DNA of 61,747 nucleotides, counting the filler, from Choristocarpus tenellus KU-1152 (lineage: Eukaryota > Protista > Phaeophyceae), in assembly GCA_964200185.2 (NCBI GenBank). It is 11 parts of 11 records of this genome, joined end to end, with 100 filler letters (N's around TTAATTAATTAA, not from the genome) between each part and the next. Parts side by side here need not be neighbours in the genome. Positions count along the whole stretch, not along the records: positions 51,489 to 58,267 come from CAXNAD020007367.1; positions 58,368 to 61,747 come from CAXNAD020020425.1; 9 more parts are not named here. The stretch is one strand, 5' to 3'. Below, in pieces: positions 51,489 through 61,747 of this stretch (within the stretch, counting starts at the first letter, position 1; each line of letters starts with the position of its first letter). Both the position numbers and the translations under genes were made by a program. Below the pieces are notes generated by a model that saw only the letters and a program-made list of their open reading frames with translations, was not told where the DNA came from and did not search any database.

Positions 51489-54400
51489 CCTCCACCCCCC
51501 CTATCAATGGGTTCAATGGTAGGGACAGACCCTGAAGCAGGTGGTGACGTCGAAGGTGTCAAAGAGACAGGGGAAAACGAAGGCTCCAATATTGATGACA
51601 CCACTGTGGGTGACGGCGTGTCAATGACACAGAATATGGCTATTGGATCAGTCACATAGAAGACATCGCAATCACTGCACTCAATGTATAACCACAAGGT
51701 GCTCGTGATGTCAGCAGGGTGCTTAGCACAGTCGTACACCTTATGTTGGGAGCCATTTTTGGACAGGTCCATGCAGGACATGTAAGAACCAAACAGGATT
51801 GCAAGAGAGACAGATTATGGGGAAAGAGCATGTGCAGGGGTGGATGGAATGTGGGGTAGGGTTAGGGGGGATATTGTGGTGAGATAGAGTGAAAGTATCT
51901 TAGAGGGTACGAGTATTGCCCTGTTTGTCCATTTGGGGCTTGGCTTCCCTCGTTTTTTTTATGATATTTTCTCACTCCAAAATAATTTCGGAGTAGGTAA
52001 AATATGTACATTATGAAAAGGTGTGTCCAGAACATGGATATTGACACTTGCTAACAAACACGATAGTCAAAATTACATCAAAATTCCAACATTGGATTTT
52101 GGCCCCCAAATGGACGCGGCTCTACCCCCCTAAGATACTTTGGCTCATAGCAATAGTGCAATAGTGGGAGAACACCTTCTCGACTAGGGGTTTAATATGG
52201 GGAATCGCTCACTTGAGCTAGATCATGCACGCATGTGTTGGTGAGCACAAGAGCAGACAAAGTGGTAGGAAATGAAGAAGGGGTGGAGAAAGGGTGTAGG
52301 AATTCAAGTGAGTACTATGAAATATCTCAACCAAGCGTAAGGCATTAAAAGAAATTAGAGCTGCCATTGCCAAGAAAGAAATGCAATTTGTGCCTTAGAA
52401 TTCATGTAGAGACATGAGTCACACAGAATAAAATCTAGGCTCAATTGTCACGAACTCTAGCACACTGTATGTCATCTGTGTGAGGGTGGCTAGACATTTA
52501 GGAATAGCTCTACTACTTCCACTACTACTCCACCCTTGCAGAATTGCCTCTGCCATTTTGGAGGTGTGTCGGTTGACCCTCCCCCAAATCAGAGAAGCAG
52601 CTAAAAGTTGGAGGACGACATGAAAGGCACAGGAAGGGGAATCATGCAACTCTCGGCCCTTGGTCACCAATGAAGTATGGGGTACCTACACAAGAACCCT
52701 AGTGTCTGCTAAATTGGAGTGCTTCAAAAAATAATTCTATCCAATTTGTACGAAGGAAGTATTTTGGAAACATTCCTCTCCGTTAATGCCCAGTGCACAA
52801 TTAGGATATCCTTTCTGGAAGAAGGGACTTGTAGGAGAGGGATTCTTAATTTATACAAGCTATCCTCCCAACACTCTGGAGGGTAATTTTGCGCTTGTGT
52901 GAACGAACAATGTCTCTTCTTCTGCAAACCACAGCCTTCTGATGGGGGGTAGCTGCATCTCATGCATACGAAAGGGGGTGTGAGAAAGAATAATTTATAA
53001 GCCCTTCAAACTCAAAATAGCCAAGATTGATTCCCCTCTAGAACCCTATGGCTCGCTCCACACCTTCTCGTACCTACCTACGCCCTCGATCCTTACATCT
53101 GCACTATGTGCTCCACTGTTGCTGACCACTACTATGTGAAGAGGACCTGTTGCCATGTCCCAAATTTGCTCATATTCTGTTGCCACACAAAGTCCTCCTT
53201 CAAACTTCATTTTGATCTCTCACTGAAAACAGAGCCTTGCCGGGTTCGACCTATACCAGTTGTGTTGCCTCTCCTCATACCAAACTATGTTGATGATGCT
53301 AATGCTAAACTGATGTAGGCCAAATTTGACCTGCCCTAGTATCTTGCGTGGGCATGATCAAGGCTACTTAGTATGAGAAGAGGCAATACACATATATAAC
53401 CCCAACCTGTTAAGGGTCTGTTTTGAGTCATTAATTGATCAAAATACGGATCTCAGGGACAAGTCGTCTATAGTTTACTTAACACTCAACAACAGTGCAA
53501 GCATAGAGCAGGGAGGGGGGGGATAAGAGTTTAACTATGCACGAGAACATGCGTTCTACCGCCCAAGGCAACAACCCAACAGATAAGAAAGAGGGGAACA
53601 AGATGGCCTAGTGTATTTATACTACATTTGCAACAAAAGTATTTCTTGTAGCAAATGTATACTCCAGGTCGACTGACGAAACAAATCAGCACTTAAGCGT
53701 CAGAGTTATAGTTAGACAAGAGCAGTTAGGTACGAGAATTTGCGAATCTGTTCCATTTCAGAATAGGGACTATTAAGCGTAAGGGGATGCCAGCACTCAA
53801 TTGAACTGGACAAACTTAGGAATACAGGGTCAGGGAGATTGGTGCGTGTACTCTTGGTTACATTAATGCCTTAAGGTCAACTTAGTACTAGTTGTCCAAG
53901 GACACAATTTCAGGAGTGCTTTACACCCTACAAGCAAAGAGCTTTAAAAAAAAATTACATGACAGTATGAATCAAGATAGTGGAGCGTTGCACTTGGACC
54001 ACAATACCCCACAGGATAATCATGTGTTATGGGGCACACCTCTCCCTATACTTTGAGTTGTTGTGGCTCGAGCTACAGTATCCTAGAGGGGGGTTGATTT
54101 GATCCCTTAGAGTATAAGGGGCTTATAAAAATCTTCTGCCTCACAACCCCATTCCCATCCCCAAAATGTAGCCGACCATCACCAGAAGGTTGTGACTGTA
54201 GAAGAGGAGAGGTACGTTCGTGTAATTTTAAGCACGAAACCTTCCTCCAGAGATCTACTGGAGCACATGTATCGGAAGGGAGTACTCAACGGCACCCCCC
54301 CCCCTCTAGGATATCATGGCTGTTTCGTGAGAGGGTCATCACAAAGAGAATTAAAAAATGACTTATTATAGTCCTCTTGGAGACTTAAACCAAACCGAGA

Positions 54401-56660
54401 GCACATACGACAACCCCCTGTTTGGTTGCATAAAAGGTCAAGGCACAGTGCTCTTCTTACTCTACTACTTTGCAATGACAAAGAAAGTAACATTCAGCAG
54501 CAAAAGAAATAGTAGAACATACAAAAGTATTCTATCCGATTATAACAGAAGCACAATTCTGGCAGATACAACACAAACTGAACATCTTTCAGGGGTACAT
54601 ACAGAAGTACTGCTATGTAGTGTTTACTAAATGATAATGAGTAACCTCATGAACCATGATGTTTTTACTTCAAATTATTTTACGGAGAAGAAGTCAATCG
54701 AGCTGCTCTATGTTTCTCTCAAATAGAGCGGATATACATGCATACCACATGTCCTACACACAACATATCCTGGAAAACAAATGGTGGGAGTAGGAACACA
54801 CTTGCTCCACACAAGTTGCCTCGATGACAAGTTAGGGCTACCCCACCATTTTGTTACGGTCTATCTCTGGCATATTACCAGAAGATTTCTTCAAAGTGTA
54901 GAGAATATTTGTTTTGTATTCGTTTTTGCTTTTCCCCAGAAAAAATATGGTCGCTCATTAGGGTTAAACTTTCAAGAAATGTGTATGAAAAGGTAAACAT
55001 GTATATATCAGTGGTAGTTCCCTGAGAGGTGTTTCCCCAATGCACTACAAACAGTGCCTTAGCGATCTTACAGTTGGACCGACTCAAGAAACTGGTATTA
55101 ATGGTGTAGCAACTACGTCATACAGATCCGATCCCGCGATATATTGTTATAGGCTGGAACTCTGATTTGTCCTCCTACTACGGAGTTTTGGGCAATAACT
55201 GCCTTCCTCCTTCCCCAATGGCAACTCAAAATGAACAAAAAAAGTGCAATTTTTCACTCAGAACGTTCCGCCAGCAAGCTCTTACCCCATAGGTTGGATA
55301 GTCATACTGGTTGTCTGCAGTGAGTCCTCGGAGGAACCAGATCCCGGTGCTACATTCCTCTGCAGTCGCAAACTTATTCAAGGCTGGTGCAGTCCTGGGC
55401 GGGAGCAACCTCCTCCTATCATCTGGCGACGAATGTCTACGGACTAATGGTCCAGCCCCCTCTACCTCCTTCTCCACCTCCTCAGCCTTTCCTACCCCTA
55501 CCCCATCATGCACAAGCATCCCAAGCTCCTTCACTGCAATGACAATCGACGGGGCTTCAGATTTGTGACGCTAGATTATGTGTACCCTACTGAGGAAAAG
55601 ATATTACTTCGAAGTAGAAGGATGAATGGGAACGAAGGAGGGGATCCCAGTGCATGCAACAGGAGAAAGAAAACCAAATCGATTGCATTGTACCTGCTGA
55701 AAAGAGATACTGACTAGACCATGGGATCATCATAGGAATGGAGCTTCAACTCATTTTTTTCAACTGCATAGGAAAATGGAAGTGTGAGTACCTACTCCCC
55801 TATGATACGAGTGAGCGAGGCAGCTATCACTCTTTCAAATTGGCTTCTTGAACATCTGTCAAGTCCTGTTTTTATTTTTGTGTTGATCTGCAAGGCACAC
55901 AAGAAATGCAAGAGACCTTGGGCGACCACAGCACGGACTACGTTTGCCGGTATCCATCCCTCGAAGTTCCCCTAACGAACTATTTTGCGCGATTAACATC
56001 GACCCAACAAAATCGAACATGGATACTGAGTGGCTGTCGTAGACAGGTGGAAGGGGGGTCTGGGGAGCAGGCAGGAAGAGTGGGTAAGACAAGCAAGAAG
56101 TGTGATATAAGGAAGGTAGGAAAAAACTAGAGGTTCTTAGGTAGGCGCTCGGGGATGACCACGGCATCTCTTACCACCTCCGGCGACATCCCCCCACCAT
56201 ATACCCTTGTGGGATTGGTGTCCAGAAATGTAAACGACTGGTATGGAGTAGCTAAAGGGAAGTTTCTTGGCAACTAACAGAAGGTAGAAGGTACTCAACA
56301 CAAAGATGAGAGTATGGCTGATAGGCGAGAGAACGAGAAGGCAATCCCTCAACAAGAGTGCAGCATGAGATGTAGGAAAGGCGGGCGATGCATCGAATAA
56401 AAGACCACCTTGACCTCATGATTTAATGACAAATTGATCGCACCTGTTTTAACAGTATAAGGGAGATCGATGGAGCCAGTTCCCACAGAAGTGAGACGAC
56501 GCCCTTCGTCAATCACATAGTACAAGACATAGGGTTGACTACTCCCTACAGAAACGAAAAACGGAGCGTTATCCATACGTCCCCCTTCCGAAAAAGTGCC
56601 GTTGAAGATGCCATTCCTAATGTCGATATTTGGGCAATCTGAGAGGATCCAGGCAAGTGG
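51489..56660 (-). CDS. Putative multi-exon extracellular/surface protein, unknown family
   Basis: Coding-like segments CPNIDIRNGIFNGTFSEGGRMDNAPFFVSVGSSQPYVLYY (~56640-56520), ...ECSTGIWFLRGLTADNQYDYPTYG|gtaag (~55533-55286) and a Cys-containing then Ser/Thr/Pro-rich segment (51781-51489). Exon joining not verified. Confidence 0.35.
51887..52146. mobile_element. MITE family A, full copy (260 bp)
   Basis: Both TIRs present; flanked by ATA/ATA. Confidence 0.93.
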
Positions 56661-57900
56661 ACGGGGGGGTGGAGGAGGGGGGAGGGAGACAGGCATGGAT
56701 TAGGCCCTCAAGGTCGTCGTTTTGCATGACAAAGAATATCGCTTCCCGCATAGAGTTGTCAAGGACTAGGGCACACATTTGTTCTGGAAGATATAGATAG
56801 ACAGCAGTTGACGAGAGCGGCGTGATAAGGCACCAGCGTTCGGTAAGAAATTATGGAGACCATGAGAGAGTGGAATGATCGAATAGTTGTAACACGACAT
56901 GACTAACGAGACACAGAACATTAGACACCTGAAATCAACGACGCGGAGAAACGAACAAGGAAGACCATCTGGATGAACGTCGCACGCGTAAGGAATGCAC
57001 ACACTCCATGCCAAGGCATGGAGGCGGAGCGCCCACGCTGTACGGTCAACCTCGGACTCTGTACTGTCAACCTCCACAGGAATATCGGATGGCGTCCTCA
57101 CTCCTTCTTCATAACATAGAGATTCAATATTTTTCTCAACGGTGAACTGGTTTCTGAGTTGACCTCTGTCCTGGAGTCCGTAGTTTTTCCAAGAGGTCTG
57201 AGGAAGGGATCTGAGGACAGTAGGGCAACAACGCAATAGTCGATCGTTTGATCACACTGGATCGAGACCTTTTCTTTAGTGGGTCCGGATCGAAATTGAG
57301 GAAGTTCCTTCAACGATCTCCCATTCAACGAAAGTATTTTTGTAAATTCAAAAAAGTTCTACCGAGAGGAAAAAATATCATCGCCAAGGATTTGAGAAGT
57401 GGATGGTGATACATTATTTTCTGTTCTTTATTTATTCAAGGTCCAGACAAATTCAGTTCTGGTAATATTGAAAACATAAAATGATAAAATAAAAATAAAT
57501 ACTACATGTGTTTGATATTATATTGTATAGTTAGTGTACGGATATTAGCGATGTCAATATAAGAGAAAGCGGAATATAAGACTAACCTAGTGAACTACTA
57601 GCTTTCGGCGACGAGCCTTACATGCGCCAAGCTTCTCAACAGTCGAGACCATCACACAAAGCATAGCATAGCAGTCTCTTGTCTATCAATACTGTACAGT
57701 AGAGTACATACAGTATATGGCATCAAGTTTAGACGACTGCATTCTATAGATATAACAAAGCTCTGCGCAGCTTTGATCCAGCTGCAACATTAAGGGTAAT
57801 ACTCCTGATCCGCCTCATGATATATGCCATAAGTATCGCGTTTGTAGCAGCTATCTTCATGGCATTTGCGGCGTCGTGGATCCATTTTGTCTCCAGCGAA

Positions 57901-58267
57901 ATGAAACGCGTGTGCAAGTTGTGCATGAGCCCCACCAAGCGCAAGGCTTAGGGTCCTCCACCTGGTAACAACACAGCGTCGAAGCGCCATGATAACAAGA
58001 ATAAGGGTAAGGGGAAGGTGTTTCCAAATATATCTACGGAGAAAGCCTCTCCCTACAAGCCTTGCGGTGCCGACATTCGTAAACGTTTGAGCTTTGCAGA
58101 GAAAGTTGGAGCGTTGGGGCTCCTGAAGACCATGGCGGGAACTGCGGTTGCTCAAATGTTTGGAATCGATCACAGCACCCTCTACAAGTTGAAGGAGGCA
58201 ACAGCCATCATGGAGAAAGCGCAGACACTGAAGCCTAATGTCAAGTCTACGAGGGGTGCCAAACATG
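57901..58267 (+). mobile_element. pogo/Tigger-type transposase N-terminus (CENP-B-like HTH), truncated by contig end
   Basis: RKRLSFAEKVGAL....GTAVAQMFGIDHSTLYKLK fits the CENP-B N-terminal HTH pattern R..L...EK......A..FG...ST. An in-frame TAG lies upstream at ~57949. Confidence 0.7.
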
Positions 58268-58388
58268 NNNNNNNNNNNNNNNNNNNNNNNNNNNNNNNNN
58301 NNNNNNNNNNNTTAATTAATTAANNNNNNNNNNNNNNNNNNNNNNNNNNNNNNNNNNNNNNNNNNNNCCTCCCCAGATACTTTCACCC

Positions 58389-58561
58389 GTTTGTTAGGAA
58401 TTGTCAATACCCTTGTTCCGGACACAACTTGTCATGATGTATAAATTTTACCTACTCTGAAATCTTTTCGAGTACGAAAATGTCATAATAAAACCCATGG
58501 GAAGCCAAGCACCAAACGGACAAACAGGGCAAAACTCGTACCCACTAAGATACTATCACTC
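58389..58561. mobile_element. MITE family A, partial copy abutting a family B terminus (58368-58388)
   Basis: Ends AAACTCGTACCCACTAAGATACTATCACTC. Confidence 0.87.
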
Positions 58562-58564
58562 TCC

Positions 58565-61500
58565 GGTCTAGTGGAAGTTTGTAGATACTGCAATGATCCT
58601 GTAATCTCTCGAAAATGTTTTATTCCAGCTTTGTCGAGCTTAATACAATTTTGAGTATTTTTGTCTATTGGGTGATTATCTCAGGGTGTTTTCGTATTAT
58701 TACACTCAGTCATTCCACACCTTAATAATAATGTGTCGGCATCTTTTCTTGAGACAATTTAATTTTTCCTGTAACATCATCATACATCACTTGTATGCCC
58801 AATATCAACTTGATTCTACCAAGATCTTTCATTATATACATATTCGGGAGATATTTCTTGACTTGATCTACCAGTGAGGTAGAACTCCCATAAATTAATG
58901 CGTCATCAACAAACAATAATAAGAACACTATATCGTTTCCGTTTCTGTAAAGGTATATACTTGGATCGCTCACTAGTGATTTGAAACCATATTCAACAAG
59001 TGGGTTTGTGAATGCTATGTTCCAATTTCTGGGAGATTGCTTTAAACCATAAAGACTTATCTTTAGCTTGCAAATCGGGATCTCAGTAGACAGATCTCTT
59101 TCAATGATGACTGGGGCTTGGCTTACATAAATCTCTTCTCCTTGCAGCAGGGGGGCTTGCAAGAACACACTGTTCACATCCAAATGTGATACTTCCCAGT
59201 TTCTGTTGTTTGCGATAATGAGCAGTAATCTGACGCTCTCAATTCTACAGACCGGACTGTAAGTCACTGAGTAATCAGTTCCAGGCACTTGACTTTACCC
59301 ATGAGCTACCCATCTAGCCTTGTGATTGCCATCAGATTTCTTTCTAAAATCCATCTTGAGGAAAAATCTTTTGATTTGGGGGTGCCTGGACTATATAAAA
59401 AACTTCGTGTTGTTTTGTATTACTCACCTCTTTCTGCATTGCTTCCAACCATTCTTCTCTGTGGGGAGAGGTTCACACGTCATTATAAGTGGAAGGGCAA
59501 TCAGAGATATTAGAATTACTCTTTCCATTATCCAAGTTAGTAGATTGAACAATAGATAGAAACGATTGGTCTGTATGTCAGTAGAAGTGATATTTACTCT
59601 TTGATCCAGGGAGTGGTCCACCCGATTTCACCATATCTATGGTTGGACTATTCTCACTATCAGCTCATGCTGAACCCAGTCCAGGTTTAATGTAGTCTAT
59701 CAACCTCGTAAGCATCCTAGGTTTGACAGCACTATTTCCAACAGTTGCACTAACATTTGTATCGGTCAACAAATTGGTCATCTTCATCTTCATCTCCACT
59801 AAAAGATAATTCATTTTGAGCGTTTTGTGGACTGGTTGCACTTTGTCTTCTCCTATTATTAACCTCAGTATCTGTTGGTTCTATCAACAACACGTCATCT
59901 GAAAAAATTGGATGACCATCCTTCTCTTCTTCTCCATGCCCTGACATGAAGGCTGTACGACTTAAGTCTAACTGGGGTAATGTCAACTGGGGTAATGTCA
60001 CTTTTTTTAAGCTCACTGAATGCCGCACTACTGGATGATAATACGGTGCCAGTCTTTGGCCTCCAGCTAACCTTCCTGTCCATGTCAGGGATTCTAGTTT
60101 AGATGTATAAACTTCAGTGTGAACAAACGCTTCTGCGCCAAACTGACGCAGGTTGTGGAGGTTTGCAGCAACGCCATTCCAAACATAATATGGCGTCCGA
60201 CCATTCAGAAATGTGGAGGGGGGTGTATTCTTCAAATATATAGCTGTACTCGAAGCTTCTGACCACAATTTCTTCGGCAACATCTTATCTACCAAAAAAC
60301 ACCGATGTTGAATAAAACATGGCACTCTCTTTTTTGCAACTCCATTCTGGTGGGGAGAATACGGAGAGGTGAATTCCTGGTTGATTTCTTGGCTTAAGCA
60401 CACTTCTCAGAACGTAGATCCGATTAATTCACCTCCATTATCACTGCGCAGTCGTCCAATCTTTCAATCTGAATGGGTTTGCAATATCAGTGATAAAGTG
60501 TTTTAACACGTTGGCTGCTTCATTCTTTCTCGTTAGAAAGTAGACTGTCTTTAGTCTTGATAAATGGTCGGTAAATTTGCAGACATAAGACTCTTGTCGG
60601 TAAGAACATGGTGTGATTGGACCTGCAAGATCAGCGTTAAAACGTTCCAGTCTTCTGGTAATTTTGTCTGCAATATTAGATGTATTTCTTGCTGATCTCT
60701 TACTCTTATTCATCTTGCAGATCTTACAGCCAACAAAGGAGACTTTTGAATTAAAAGAAACGCCAGATTCTCGATCTTTCAGTAATAGTATCATATGTGT
60801 AAGGTTAAGGTGACCAAGTCTCATATGCCGTAACAAGATTAAATCACCTTGTGGTTCAACAGCAGATCTCAGTCCCATTGCTGCAATCCCTCTCTCCTCC
60901 TCAGCTTCCTTGTGTAGCTTTAACTGAATTGACCTCACACCATTTTGAGTACCACACAGAATGATCTTCTCCACATCAAGGTGATACATCTACCAGGTTT
61001 TGGAAGGAAACAGTCTAAGTACTTAACTTTGTAAAATAAATGTGAATTTTCGAAAGTGGTAGGATCCACCATGTGCTTAGTGCTACCACTATCTGTCAAC
61101 AGATCAATCAATCCATCAATTGACACCAGACTCTCTAATGCACTGTTTGTACAAATAATTGCCATCATCTTTTTATTCTCTGTTCTATTATTCTGCATCT
61201 AAATGTGATGCAGAGTTGTAAAAACTGGAGCATTTCTTTCTGTGATTACTTTCAACTTTGCAATCTTTAGCAAAATGTCCAGTTTTATGACATACAAAAC
61301 ACTTCAAGGATCTTTTACCACCAAATTTATTCTTACTCTTGAATGATTTTGTGATATTTGATGATGGGGATTAGACTTGATCCTCTTTTTCCAACATCTT
61401 GCACACGATTCCATACTGTTATGAAGTGCAATCGCTCTCTGCTCGTTCTTTGCCTCGTACTTCTTCTTGATCTCATTGAAGGCGACATTACCTTCAGTTA

Positions 61501-61707
61501 ACCTCGTAGATGATTTTGCGAGGTGAAGACGACGCAGTATGCCCTTGGCTGCACCTTCGCAAGAGATGAACAGGAGTTCGAACAGTTCCTGATTCTTAGC
61601 GACGCATCTCTCTCGGAGGTTATTGTACTTGGTGTCATCAGGACGTCTTCGCTCTCCCTTGAGGATATTGTACAAGCCATGGCGGAGCAGAAACAGAATA
61701 AACCAAA
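58565..61707 (-). mobile_element. Degenerate Ty1/copia retrotransposon gag-pol (gag, CCHC, protease, integrase, RT)
   Basis: Copia domain order: KCFVCHKTGHFAKDC, LTDSGSTKHM, HMRLGHLN..CKIC, ADLAGP, SPYSPHQNGVA, LDVNSVFLQA, LYGLKQSPRNW, LFVDD. Frameshifted; MITEs at both ends. Confidence 0.93.
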
Positions 61708-61747
61708 GAGCCAAAGTATCTTAGAGGGTAGAGCCGCGTCCATTTGG
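61708..61747. mobile_element. MITE family A terminus at window end
   Basis: GAGCCAAAGTATCTTAGAGGGTAGAGCCGCGTCCATTTGG. Confidence 0.9.

Overview
Eukaryotic, intron-rich genomic DNA. It is probably a stramenopile/ochrophyte alga; this is an inference from GT-AG gene structure, (TTAGGG)n-type tracts and gene types. The window is not one locus. It is 11 contigs joined by identical artificial 100-nt spacers (44 N + TTAATTAATTAA + 44 N), so adjacency across spacers means nothing. Recognisable host genes, all partial: a 12-exon glutamine:fructose-6-phosphate amidotransferase (GFAT/GlmS, + strand, 44300-48225); three exons of an MBOAT DGAT1/ACAT acyltransferase (- strand, 26599-28251); and three in-phase exons of an IP3R/RyR-like Ca2+ channel membrane region (+ strand, 30237-31686). 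The rest is mostly transposon debris: three Ty1/copia remnants, a decayed IS630/Tc1-related transposase, a hAT remnant, a pogo/CENP-B HTH, and two abundant related MITE families (about 260 bp and about 180 bp) sharing a terminal AAAGTATCT core. Top observation: the GFAT catalytic Cys lies behind a 96-aa extension resembling a mitochondrial presequence plus stop-transfer helix plus A-x-C cleavage site, which suggests a protease-activated, organelle-targeted GFAT.
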